Below, in pieces: positions 26,852-36,136 of a DNA stretch of 46,986 nt (positions are counted from its first letter, which is position 1; each line of letters begins with the position of its first letter). The notes under the pieces were generated by a model. It searched no databases, was not told the origin of the DNA, and was given only the letters and a program-made list of their open reading frames with translations. The DNA is taken from contig JBMYOQ010000029.1 of NCBI GenBank assembly GCA_049599475.1, forward strand, positions 1 to 46,986, in the 5' to 3' direction. Both the position numbers and the translations under genes were made by a program. Source of the DNA: Opitutales bacterium (GTDB lineage Bacteria > Verrucomicrobiota > Verrucomicrobiia > Opitutales > JABSRG01).

Positions 26852-27460
26852 TCATGGCACGAGGACTTCGTGTCGCCATTCGCCTTTCTCGAGGTGATAG
26901 AGTGAGCGGTGATGAAAGCGGCCGTCGTTATCACTGACTTTGAGATGCTCCACTTGGTTCGCTATGAAGTGGCCGCCGACCACGTGCTCGGGAATGGCGA
27001 GAGGGTCATGGGTCTCTTCCAAGTGTCTCACGTGAGCCCAATATTCCTTCTCCAAAGTCTCACGGCTCTCGCAGACCTCAGCAGGTCGGCGCTTTTCATC
27101 AGTCGTATAAAAGAGGTCCAAGTGCTTCGAGCGCACCGATAAGAAATCGTCCCAATAGCGTTGGAGTCGCTCTTGAGGCATCGGCGCGTAGTGGCCACTT
27201 ACCATAAACTGGTTTCCCTGCGTAGGATGCCAGACATACACTTGAAACTTACCATTGTCTTCCAAATGCCGGAACTTCGCGTGATATTTACTAAACACAC
27301 AGCCTATATGGGCATCCGTAACGTCGTGCATTATCACCGTCCGCACGCGCGGATCGCCCTCTGGACCTACGGTTGCCAGTTGGCAAAATCGCGCATTCCC
27401 ATCTTGGGCCGCTCGAGCAGCATTCTGAGATACTGCAATAAGCTCTAGTGGATTGCCCAT
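26852..27460 (-). CDS. Pyridoxamine 5'-phosphate oxidase-family FMN-binding protein
   Basis: CQLATVGPEGDPRVRTV, K...L, Q..VSG, GRFHHRSLY..GEW..L.P, which resembles PdxH. Confidence 0.8.
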   Translation of the reverse strand: MGNPLELIAVSQNAARAAQDGNARFCQLATVGPEGDPRVRTVIMHDVTDAHIGCVFSKYHAKFRHLEDNGKFQVYVWHPTQGNQFMVSGHYAPMPQERLQRYWDDFLSVRSKHLDLFYTTDEKRRPAEVCESRETLEKEYWAHVRHLEETHDPLAIPEHVVGGHFIANQVEHLKVSDNDGRFHHRSLYHLEKGEWRHEVLVP

Positions 27461-28074
27461 CAGTCTTCGGCGTGATCAAAGAAGCCGCGGGCTACGCAAT
27501 CGTCTATCAGCGATTTCACGAATTCCCATAGCTTCGGAGAACCGTGCTCTATGATCTGATTTACTTGGTAGACTTGCTCAGGTCGGACTTTATGGGTCTT
27601 CCAAGCATCACCTTCCGTGTAGACATTGTGAAGGAGGGGCATGATCCGATCGATAGAGCGAGCGAATCGAGCTTCAGCAGAATCGCCATTTTCAAATTCA
27701 TCCCAGTGTTTACGGAAATAGAGCTTCTGGTCATCGGGAAGCAGTCCAAAGATGCGCTCGAAAGCCTCATCTTCTTTGACAGCTTTCTCAGCCCGACCGA
27801 CCTCGTCATAGAGAAAGACATCTCCAGCATCGATCTCAACAATATCGTGAATGAGCAGCATCCGCACTACACGCATGATATCGATAGTCTCCACCGCATA
27901 CTCAGCAAGCACCATGGACAAGATAGCAATGTGCCAGCTGTGCTCGGCAGAGTTTTCATAACGCTCTCTACTAAACAGCAAAGAACGCCGCGTAATAGCT
28001 TTAAGGCGATCGATCTCACGGATGAAGGCGATCTGCTGGTGGATACGATCCAAAGGCTCGGCTGTCTCAGACAT
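27460..28074 (-). CDS. HD domain phosphohydrolase (HD_3, YfbR/HDDC2-like)
   Basis: LKAITRR, ENSAEHSWH, IHDIVEIDAGD, EARFARSIDR. Start at 28074 or 28086. Confidence 0.9.
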   Translation of the reverse strand: MSETAEPLDRIHQQIAFIREIDRLKAITRRSLLFSRERYENSAEHSWHIAILSMVLAEYAVETIDIMRVVRMLLIHDIVEIDAGDVFLYDEVGRAEKAVKEDEAFERIFGLLPDDQKLYFRKHWDEFENGDSAEARFARSIDRIMPLLHNVYTEGDAWKTHKVRPEQVYQVNQIIEHGSPKLWEFVKSLIDDCVARGFFDHAED

Positions 28075-28126
28075 ACACCCGACCATAGCCGCGCCCGATT
28101 CCCAATCAACTGCGAAGGGAGGAAAA

Positions 28127-29902
28127 TTACCAATCCATCAGCACCTCAAGGTGCTTCTTTCTGAAGGCTTCGAGCAGCTTGTGTATTTCCTCAGCATCCC
28201 CAAGCTCCAGAGCTTTCTTGGCCAACTCCACAGCATCTTCGGACTTGATCTCACGTATCAGATATTTCACTTCAGGAAGCAGCGTGGGTGTAATGCTCAA
28301 TTCGTCCACGCCCAGTCCCATCAGTAGGCCCGCGTATAAGGAATCTCCTGCCATTTCCCCGCAGAGTGACACACTGATACATTTAGAATTTGCCGCTTCG
28401 ACGATAGCCTTAATCGTCCTGATAATCGCTGGGTGACTCGGCTGGTATAGATGCGCAATCCGATCATTCAAACGATCCGCAGCCATCATATACTGTATCA
28501 AATCATTGGTACCCACGCTGAAGAACGAGCAGTGATCGGCCAATATATCTGCAGTGTAAGCCGCGCTCGGGATCTCGATCATCGTACCGACTTGAACGGT
28601 CTTGTCGTATGCCTGGCCACGCTCTTCCAGCTCAGCTTTAGCTTCTTCGAGGAGTAGGTTCGCTTTTTTGAGCTCTTCTACCCCACTAATCATCGGATAC
28701 ATGATACGGACACGCCCGATAGCACTCACACGAAGAATGGCTCTCAATTGATCTTTGAACAGGTCGGTGTACTGGAGGCAAAAACGGATAGCCCGGAAAC
28801 CCATAAACGGATTTTCCTCCTGAGCTTGCTGCACACCGGCTCCGCTCTTCAGGCTTTTATCACCACCTAGATCTAAGGTACGGATTGTAACGGTGCGAGG
28901 TGACACACCTTCCACGACAGCCTTGTAATACTCAAACTGTTGTTCTTCGCTCGGAAATGTATTGTCGCGCAAGAAGAGGCTCTCTGTCCGGAAGAGCCCG
29001 ACGCCCCGAGCACCGTTTTTATGCACCCATTCGACATCCTGCGGACCCTCGATATTCGCACGTAGAATAAACTCCTTTCCGTCTGCCGTCTGAGATGGAA
29101 GAGGAATCGTCCGCGCATAGGTATCCGTGATGTTTTTACGACGATCCTTGAGCTTGCCATATTTGAAAAGTGTCTTCGGGCTTGGGTTGATGATGACCAG
29201 GCCGTCATACCCATCGACGATGATGTCATCATTCGGGTCTATCGCCTCAGTCGCATCGTGAAGCCCCACAACCGCCGGAATCCCCAAGGACCGCGCCATG
29301 ATGACGGAGTGGCTCGTATGACCTCCAGTATCTAAGACCAGGCCCAGAACCTTGCCCTTATCGAGGCTTGCGGTATCTGAAGGCGCGATATCTTCGGCAA
29401 CGATCACGCGGTCTTCACTAAAGCTCAGCACATTCGCAAAGGCTTTGCCCAAAAGTGTATGCAAGAGACGTCTGGCCACATCGCGAATGTCGGAAGCACG
29501 CTCTTTCAGGTATTCGTCGTCGATACTATCGAAGAAATCGATGTAGCGCTGCGCCACCATTTGGAAACAGTGCTCGATATTGAAACGCGTCTCTTTGAGT
29601 TCCCGAATGATCTCATCGATCAAGGCTTTGTCCTCCAAAACCATCTGATGGGCGTCAAAGATTTGAGCCTCCGCTTCTCCCAGAGTCTTTGCGATCTGGA
29701 CTCGGACTTTGCTAATTTGCCTGCGCGTCTCGATGAGAGCGTCTTCAAAGCGATTCAACTCACCTTCAATATCTGACTCTTCGATATTGTAGGCGGGAAC
29801 ATCCAGCTCCGTCTGCAAGAAGACAAACGCCGCACCGTGAGCCACCCCAGGCGATGCTGGGATGCCCGTAAGCGTTATTTCTTCTCGTTGATCTTCAGAC
29901 AT
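28127..29902 (-). CDS. ptsI: Phosphoenolpyruvate-protein phosphotransferase (PTS enzyme I)
   Basis: GIPASPG, GGHTSHSVIMARSLGIP (phospho-His), GVGLFRTE, RTLDLGGDK, ENPFMGFRAIR, SVGTNDLIQY, CGEMAG. No N-terminal GAF domain. Confidence 0.96.
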   Translation of the reverse strand: MSEDQREEITLTGIPASPGVAHGAAFVFLQTELDVPAYNIEESDIEGELNRFEDALIETRRQISKVRVQIAKTLGEAEAQIFDAHQMVLEDKALIDEIIRELKETRFNIEHCFQMVAQRYIDFFDSIDDEYLKERASDIRDVARRLLHTLLGKAFANVLSFSEDRVIVAEDIAPSDTASLDKGKVLGLVLDTGGHTSHSVIMARSLGIPAVVGLHDATEAIDPNDDIIVDGYDGLVIINPSPKTLFKYGKLKDRRKNITDTYARTIPLPSQTADGKEFILRANIEGPQDVEWVHKNGARGVGLFRTESLFLRDNTFPSEEQQFEYYKAVVEGVSPRTVTIRTLDLGGDKSLKSGAGVQQAQEENPFMGFRAIRFCLQYTDLFKDQLRAILRVSAIGRVRIMYPMISGVEELKKANLLLEEAKAELEERGQAYDKTVQVGTMIEIPSAAYTADILADHCSFFSVGTNDLIQYMMAADRLNDRIAHLYQPSHPAIIRTIKAIVEAANSKCISVSLCGEMAGDSLYAGLLMGLGVDELSITPTLLPEVKYLIREIKSEDAVELAKKALELGDAEEIHKLLEAFRKKHLEVLMDW

Positions 29903-29953
29903 TAACAGCAGAGGAACTCAGGATATTCTTCAATGAAAGAGATGGCATTTTAG

Positions 29954-30859
29954 TTAGGCAAGGATTGTTTCGGAGAGGATCGATTCGCTTCCCCAAGCGT
30001 CTTTAATGACGTCGTAGATCGCATTTCGTTCAGCGCTTTCGTCGTCCAAAAAGAAGCAAGCACTTCCGCTCCCAGAGATCATCGGTTGAGCCCCCATGGA
30101 ACTTAAACTCTGAAAGAGCGCAATGTATGCGATAAATTTTTCTTTCAAGGGTGATTCGAAGCTATTGAAGCACTTGTTTTTAAGAGCCTCCACGGGTGCT
30201 TCATTCCAAATTTGAGCATCCGCCTCAGCCGATTCTGCGTCGCGATAGTCTCCACGCTCGGCCAGCTTTCCATAAGCCCAAGGAGTTTCGACTCCGAATG
30301 GCGGACGAAACACGGTGATCGCCCGCCCCTTCAAGCACTCCTGCAGCGCAGGACTAGCAGGTTCCAAAATTTCCCCACGTCCACGCATCCAATATGGGCC
30401 CTTATTCAGGAAAACTGGGCAATCCGATCCCAATTCAGCCGCCAGTTCATGCAAGTCTGAGCCACTCAGGGGATCATTCATCAACGAATTCAAAGCCAAC
30501 AAACAGGTAGACGCGTTGCTGGACCCGCCCCCGAGACCCGCCCCCATCGGAATGCGCTTCTGGATGTTCAAAGACACGCAAGGCAGCTCCGGCACTTTCT
30601 CACGGAAAAGCCGAACGGCCTTTACAGCCAAGTTTCGGTCGTCGGACGGGCAATCAGGGTGGTCGACTTCGCATAGGTCCGGGCCTTCCCTCTCGAGCAG
30701 CTCTACACGCATAAAATCCCCCCAATCCAACTTGCTGACCAAAGACACCAAATCATGGAAACCATCCGCACGTTTTCCAGTAACTGCTAGGTAGAGATTC
30801 ACCTTAGCCGGAGAGAGGCCTTCCCAGACTGTCTGGCTATCGCTAGAAAAAACGTCCAT
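29954..30859 (-). CDS. ispE: 4-diphosphocytidyl-2-C-methyl-D-erythritol kinase
   Basis: SPAKVNLYL, DGFHDL, KRIPMGAGLGGGSSNA, LGSDCP, SGSGS. Start revised to ATG 30859 because the ORF-track start overlaps pyrF. Confidence 0.95.
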   Translation of the reverse strand: MDVFSSDSQTVWEGLSPAKVNLYLAVTGKRADGFHDLVSLVSKLDWGDFMRVELLEREGPDLCEVDHPDCPSDDRNLAVKAVRLFREKVPELPCVSLNIQKRIPMGAGLGGGSSNASTCLLALNSLMNDPLSGSDLHELAAELGSDCPVFLNKGPYWMRGRGEILEPASPALQECLKGRAITVFRPPFGVETPWAYGKLAERGDYRDAESAEADAQIWNEAPVEALKNKCFNSFESPLKEKFIAYIALFQSLSSMGAQPMISGSGSACFFLDDESAERNAIYDVIKDAWGSESILSETILA

Positions 30860-30971
30860 GCGCCCTAGGAGATCAGGACTCCCCTGCCAGACAAAGCATA
30901 AACTTTCACAGAATCCCAATTTTCTCGAATCAGCCTTGCGCCCGAGCGATGCCCTTGATTTCTGATTAGCT

Positions 30972-31703
30972 ATGACTGATTCAGAAAAGCCCGCATGCAT
31001 CGTCGCACTCGACTACGCCGATTCTGATTCGATGTTTGCATTCCTCGACCAAGCCCCTCCTGCATCCATTCCATGGGTGAAGATTGGGCTGCAGGTTTTT
31101 TGCAAATATGGCCCTGCCATCGTCGAGGAAGTCGGAGCGCGCGGTTACAAGATTTTCCTAGATCTCAAATTGCACGACATCCCCAATACCGTGGCCGGTG
31201 CCGTCCAAAGCCTGGGCAACCTCCCCATCCACATGTTGACCCTGCATGGCTCTGGTGGAGGCGAGATGATGGCTCGGGCCGCCGAAGCCCAACAGAAGTA
31301 TGCACCGGACCTGCGCCTTCTCGCGGTGACCGTCCTCACTTCCATGGACGCAGCACAACTGGCATCGATCGGCGTAACAGATCCCGTACCGGACCAAGTG
31401 AAGCGCCTCGTGGGGCTCGCCCAGGATTCTGGCGTCTCCGGCATCGTGTGCTCTCCCAATGAAATTGAACTGATCCGCGAAGCTTACGGCGACGCACCGT
31501 TCCTTGTAACACCGGGAATCCGCCCAGCCGGATCCAGCACGCAGGACCAGAAACGCATCAAGACCCCAGGAGAGGCTGCTCTACTCGGAACTAATGCAAT
31601 GGTGATCGGACGCCCCATCACGAAGGCAAGCGATCCTGTGGCTGCTTACAAAGCTATCGATGATGAAATCGAAGGCGCGCTCAACCCCTCCGAATCAGCC
31701 TAG
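30972..31703 (+). CDS. pyrF: Orotidine-5'-phosphate decarboxylase
   Basis: IVALD, KIG, FLDLKLHDIPNTV, VTVLTS, VTPGIRP, DQKR, VIGRPIT. Confidence 0.97.
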   Translation: MTDSEKPACIVALDYADSDSMFAFLDQAPPASIPWVKIGLQVFCKYGPAIVEEVGARGYKIFLDLKLHDIPNTVAGAVQSLGNLPIHMLTLHGSGGGEMMARAAEAQQKYAPDLRLLAVTVLTSMDAAQLASIGVTDPVPDQVKRLVGLAQDSGVSGIVCSPNEIELIREAYGDAPFLVTPGIRPAGSSTQDQKRIKTPGEAALLGTNAMVIGRPITKASDPVAAYKAIDDEIEGALNPSESA

Positions 31704-31712
31704 CGGCCATTT

Positions 31713-32450
31713 ATGGAATACGCCGCAATTTTACTAGCAGCCGGATCAGGATCGCGCATGCGCGGATTCGTCGAGGACAAGCTCCTTGCACCCATCGCGG
31801 GAAAACCTGTTTTCCAGTATAGCCTCGAGATTTTTGCCAAGATCACCGACCTCTCCAAGATCGTGATCGTATATCGGGACGAGGATCAAAAGACAGCGCT
31901 CAACGCTATCTTCTCCGAAATGGAAAACGTGCCCTACAAAATACTCTGGGCCAAGGGCGGCAATGAGCGGCAAGACTCAGTATTTAACGGATTGGAGGCC
32001 CTAACATTTTCAACCGACACCGTGTGTATCCATGATTGCGCACGCCCCCTCGTCCGACCAGAAGCCATCGAAGAGCTCTTTAAAGCCGCCACCAAAGACA
32101 AGGCAGCCGTCCTCGCTCATCGGGTGACAGATACCATTAAACAAACCCCAGCACGGAGCCGTGGACGGAGGCGCATCCCGCTAAAAGATCTGCAACGCAA
32201 CCGACTTTGGGCTATGGAGACCCCTCAAGCCTTTAATTACGAACTCATCTTCGATGCCTACCGTGAAGTCCGCCTAACCGGAGAAGTGATTACTGATGAC
32301 ACCGCCGCGGTAGCAATCAAAGGCACACGCGTCACCATCGTGGAAAACCTTTATCCAAATATCAAAGTCACAGTCCCACACGATCTACATCTCATTGAAT
32401 TCCTGATACAAAATCCTGTAGATATCGAGCCATCTGATACTGAAGAATAA
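31713..32450 (+). CDS. ispD: 2-C-methyl-D-erythritol 4-phosphate cytidylyltransferase
   Basis: LAAGSGSRM, GGNERQDSV, IHDCARP, DTIK, ETPQAF, TDD, NIKVT. Confidence 0.96.
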   Translation: MEYAAILLAAGSGSRMRGFVEDKLLAPIAGKPVFQYSLEIFAKITDLSKIVIVYRDEDQKTALNAIFSEMENVPYKILWAKGGNERQDSVFNGLEALTFSTDTVCIHDCARPLVRPEAIEELFKAATKDKAAVLAHRVTDTIKQTPARSRGRRRIPLKDLQRNRLWAMETPQAFNYELIFDAYREVRLTGEVITDDTAAVAIKGTRVTIVENLYPNIKVTVPHDLHLIEFLIQNPVDIEPSDTEE

Positions 32451-32457
32451 AAGCTAC

Positions 32458-32952
32458 GTGAAAGTATTTCCACCTTACCGAGTCGGCTTCGGCTATGACA
32501 TACACCGCATCGAACGCGATCGTCCCTTAGTCTTAGCTGGAGTAAACATCCCATCACAATTTGGCTTAGCCGGACACTCCGACGCCGATGTCATGACCCA
32601 CGCCATCGCCGACGCTATCCTAGGAGCCGGAGGCCTCCCTGATATCGGGCACTACTTCCCTCCCTCAGATCCCTCGATCCGCGGAATCGACTCTCAGAAA
32701 ATTTTAGCCAAAGCACGCGAAGAGGTGGAAGCGATGGGATACCAAATTGGGAACATCGACTGCACCTTAATTGCCGAAGGCCCCCGCATCGGCCCATTCC
32801 GCGACCAAATGAAAGCCGCCCTAGGCGAAACACTCGATCTCCCCAACGATCGGATCGGCATCAAAGCAACATCCAATGAAGAACTGGACGATCTCGGCCA
32901 ACTACTTGGGATGGCCGCACATGCGGTGTGTTGCTTGATCGCAGTGGAATAG
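32458..32952 (+). CDS. ispF: 2-C-methyl-D-erythritol 2,4-cyclodiphosphate synthase
   Basis: RVGFGYDIH, GHSDADV..HA..DA.LGA, DIGHYFP, IKATSNE. Confidence 0.96.
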   Translation: MKVFPPYRVGFGYDIHRIERDRPLVLAGVNIPSQFGLAGHSDADVMTHAIADAILGAGGLPDIGHYFPPSDPSIRGIDSQKILAKAREEVEAMGYQIGNIDCTLIAEGPRIGPFRDQMKAALGETLDLPNDRIGIKATSNEELDDLGQLLGMAAHAVCCLIAVE

Positions 32953-32985
32953 GATCGAGGATGGCTCCGTCTGTGCTGGAGCTCA

Positions 32986-33507
32986 ATGGCCATGATTTCC
33001 GCACAGAAACTCCTTAAAAAGGCCCTGGAACCGATAAACATTGATTCATGGGCTGCGAACGTCGGGATCGCGATCCCCCGCATCCTCGGAGGCACAAGTT
33101 TGTGCATAGAATTCGGTTCATCTAAATTTGGGATGCCGTGGTCGACCACGGAGGAACTCGGACTGTTTCAGGTCGCTGCCTGGTTTCCAGAAGATGTATC
33201 AAAATTCGCCATTCCCTTCAGTCTGGCCCCCACCTTCTTCGCCTGGATGGCTGCAGCCACCGAAGCAATCGGCGGCCTCCTTCTGGCTCTGGGCATCGGA
33301 ACTCGTATTTGCAGCTTCTTTATAGCAGCGACAATGCTCACTGCCATTTTCATGCAAAAGTGGCCTCAAGCCATGGAATACGGAAGCAGTTGGCCCCTGC
33401 TCCCCGCAGCCGGTTTTCTCTGGATCGCAATCTATTCTCTAGTGCTGGGTTCCGGAAAAATCGGCTTAGATTTCTGGATAGTGAATGCGATCAAGGAAAA
33501 GGCTTAA
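32986..33507 (+). CDS. DoxX family membrane protein
   Basis: PRILGG, AAATEAIGGLLLALGIGTR, GSGKIGLD; several TM helices. Confidence 0.88.
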   Translation: MAMISAQKLLKKALEPINIDSWAANVGIAIPRILGGTSLCIEFGSSKFGMPWSTTEELGLFQVAAWFPEDVSKFAIPFSLAPTFFAWMAAATEAIGGLLLALGIGTRICSFFIAATMLTAIFMQKWPQAMEYGSSWPLLPAAGFLWIAIYSLVLGSGKIGLDFWIVNAIKEKA

Positions 33508-33588
33508 AACAACTGATTCCTTCAGTATTCTTAGCCTTTCCGACCAAAATGCAGCCATAGACTCCCGGGTTAAGGTCACTGACAACAC

Positions 33589-35544
33589 CTATATATCCCA
33601 CTTTTCCCTAAAGGGCCTAATGAATTCTTCGATCCTTTTAAATTTCTCAATCGCATAGGGACCTACTTCGAAACGGAGTTCATTCACGTTTTCACTATAC
33701 CACAAGAAGTCTTTATCGAGTTTCTCCAGTGCCTTCCGAAGTCGATCGGACTGTTTCACAATCGCCTGGAGGTCCCTCTTCTCCTGAATAATCAGCAGTG
33801 GGTCATCGAGATTCTCCAAATTTTCGATCGGGCTAATTCTACGAATCTTTTCAATTTCCTGAGAGAGGTCGCCGACCCACCTCTGCCACTCTTTAAAGGC
33901 GATAACTGGGGAGCCCACAGTCGTAGTGCTTTTCTGATACTTCAGGAGAAACTCAAGATCTGCAAACCCTGCCTCATTAATACCGAACTGGTAGAGATCG
34001 GGATACTGAGTTAGCTGAGACAAGACCGTGAATCCTCCATAGCCTGAGCCATAAATTCCGATCTTTTTAGGATCAACATATCCCTCCTGTATTGCCCATT
34101 GAACAGCGTCATAAACATCCCACTGCATCTCATCACCCCATTTGCCATACCCTGCTTCAACAAATCTCCGCCCGTACCCAGCGCTTCCTCTAAAATCGAC
34201 CTGAAGCACCATAAACCCGCGGCTAACGAAAAATTGAACCCGAGGGTCCCATCCATAGAAATCACGATACTCAGGCCCGTCATGCGGCATCACGACTAGG
34301 GGAAGATCTACCTTCTCCGTTCCAACCGGGAAATATACATAACCATTTAATAAGATATCATCTCTCGACCTAAACGAAAAGGGCTCTTGCGGAGCCATCT
34401 CATAAGCTTCTAGTTTTGGCCTAGACTTGCTTAGAGGTGCCAGAGTCAAAGCACCATTTTCAATTTCCAACAATGTATAAAACTCAGGTTCGTTTCCGGA
34501 ATAAGAAGTAGACACGAACCGAGTCTCATCCTCGCTCACCGATGAAATGTAATTCACCGTATCAGGATATTCCTGATCGAGTGCTGACTGTATCTGACCA
34601 AGCGACTCACTAAACCAAAGGTATTCGGGTTTTTCTTTTTCAATGACTGCACCCAGAACCTTTCGAGAATAAACAGAAGCACGTAGTGCAGATACATCGT
34701 AACGTGGATCATTCAATAAAACATCACCAACAGCCGATTTTTCAGGATCGTAAATGAATAGCCCAGATGGCCCTCCATCGCTCGAATGGGCAACATACAT
34801 AGTCTCATTATCCTCAGAGAAACCAAGCGGCTTCACGCGTGGAGCCGCACTCTGAAACCCTTCCACTATTTCAAAATTAGCCTTTTTACTTTTACGGTAA
34901 ATCAAACCGTACCGAAACGGCAAATCCGCATGAGACTCACGCGTCAACCCGGCCCGAACTTCTCCATTTCTCCCCGTGAACCATTCGACAACATTTCGCT
35001 TTGGGCTTGAAAGCACTCGTTTCGAACGGCCGGTGCTCAGCTTCTGCTGATAGACATCCGGATACATTGCGTAACGCGTATCATCAGCAATGAGGATAAG
35101 ATCACGCTCTTCCTTCATATAATCGAGGACCTTAAAATCTCGGTAACTCCCAAAATCCCGTGTATACTGGGGACTCAATAAACGGCCTCTACGTTTGATA
35201 TGCGTTGGGTTTTGCCCGTCGCGATCAATGGCATACAACTCATACGAGGAATCCTCATCATTTCCAAAGCTGAAGACCAATCGATCATTGGATACCCAGT
35301 CCATAAAACTAACGTGGTAGGGCCCATTCACAATTTGAGACAAATTCGCAGTTTTGAGATCTATTACGAATAGATTTGCCCACCCCCCATCAGGGGACAA
35401 GACAGCCAGATATTGGCCATCAGGAGATAGTTTTGGGGTAGAAAAATCAGCTACACTGAATAAATTTTCGATCGGAATCTCCTTAGAGCGCAAGCCAGTA
35501 GCCGACACAATCGACACTAGCACTAGTATGTGTAAAAACCTCAT
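33589..35544 (-). CDS. S9 (prolyl oligopeptidase family) peptidase homologue with degenerate catalytic motifs
   Basis: Signal peptide, beta-propeller and alpha/beta-hydrolase domains closely similar to 36137-38053, but with HDGP, YGSGYGG, QEKRD and no GHGF motif. Confidence 0.88.
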   Translation of the reverse strand: MRFLHILVLVSIVSATGLRSKEIPIENLFSVADFSTPKLSPDGQYLAVLSPDGGWANLFVIDLKTANLSQIVNGPYHVSFMDWVSNDRLVFSFGNDEDSSYELYAIDRDGQNPTHIKRRGRLLSPQYTRDFGSYRDFKVLDYMKEERDLILIADDTRYAMYPDVYQQKLSTGRSKRVLSSPKRNVVEWFTGRNGEVRAGLTRESHADLPFRYGLIYRKSKKANFEIVEGFQSAAPRVKPLGFSEDNETMYVAHSSDGGPSGLFIYDPEKSAVGDVLLNDPRYDVSALRASVYSRKVLGAVIEKEKPEYLWFSESLGQIQSALDQEYPDTVNYISSVSEDETRFVSTSYSGNEPEFYTLLEIENGALTLAPLSKSRPKLEAYEMAPQEPFSFRSRDDILLNGYVYFPVGTEKVDLPLVVMPHDGPEYRDFYGWDPRVQFFVSRGFMVLQVDFRGSAGYGRRFVEAGYGKWGDEMQWDVYDAVQWAIQEGYVDPKKIGIYGSGYGGFTVLSQLTQYPDLYQFGINEAGFADLEFLLKYQKSTTTVGSPVIAFKEWQRWVGDLSQEIEKIRRISPIENLENLDDPLLIIQEKRDLQAIVKQSDRLRKALEKLDKDFLWYSENVNELRFEVGPYAIEKFKRIEEFIRPFREKWDI

Positions 35545-35554
35545 ATCTTTAACG

Positions 35555-35580
35555 AAAACAAAAACTCGGCTCCCAAGCCG
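35555..35580 (-). terminator. Weak intrinsic terminator/attenuator before the degenerate peptidase
   Basis: Minus strand CGGCT-TGGG-AGCCG followed by AGTTTTTGTTTT, immediately after the stop at 35581. Confidence 0.5.
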
Positions 35581-36120
35581 CTACTTTACTCGCCGCACTC
35601 GAACCTTTTTACCCGTTTCGACGATTTCTAGAGTGTGCCCGCCAAAATTCGCTTTGCGTATTTCGACTTCCGGGTTCTCTAAAACAATATAGTATCGATC
35701 GGGCTTGTTGGACACTGCCCAAACCTGTCCATTGTCTAAGGTAAACCTCGAATTACGGTCCCAACCTTTAAATTTTCCGGAGATTCTTGCGGTAATCGAT
35801 TCAGGTCCTTTCAGGCTCTTCGGGACGGTCTCATCATCTTTCCAAAAATCTAGGAAACCGAAACCTTTCTTGGCTGCAGCTTCGACCTCAGCTTCTCGCT
35901 GGGCAAGCGCTTCCTGGGCAGCAGATTCATTAGAGACGCTCTCACGGTTCTGAATCCATTGCGCCAAGAGCTCCAGCTGCTCAGGCGTCAATTGGTTCAA
36001 GCCTGCGGCTTCAAAAGTATTCCCCATAGCACTACGCAAATCTAAGGGAACCTCCTCAGCGATACTGACACGGCCCCACACACAGGACCCCACAATCAGA
36101 ACAAATGAAAGGTACTTCAT
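35581..36120 (-). CDS. Secreted hypothetical protein with a C-terminal small beta domain
   Basis: Signal peptide; FEAAGLNQLTPEQLELL; ITARISGKFKGW..FTLDNGQVW; ends VRVRRVK. Confidence 0.82.
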   Translation of the reverse strand: MKYLSFVLIVGSCVWGRVSIAEEVPLDLRSAMGNTFEAAGLNQLTPEQLELLAQWIQNRESVSNESAAQEALAQREAEVEAAAKKGFGFLDFWKDDETVPKSLKGPESITARISGKFKGWDRNSRFTLDNGQVWAVSNKPDRYYIVLENPEVEIRKANFGGHTLEIVETGKKVRVRRVK

Positions 36121-36136
36121 CGCCTACGGAACTGAA

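Noticed and set aside
27544..28164. 206-aa plus-strand ORF
   Set aside because: Antisense shadow of the HD hydrolase gene.
28127..29902. Nitrogen-type EI(Ntr) with a GAF domain
   Set aside because: At 591 aa it begins directly with the EI N-terminal motif and has no GAF domain.
30860..31000. N-terminal extension of IspE in the ORF track
   Set aside because: It overlaps the divergent pyrF start; homology begins near MDVFSS at 30859.
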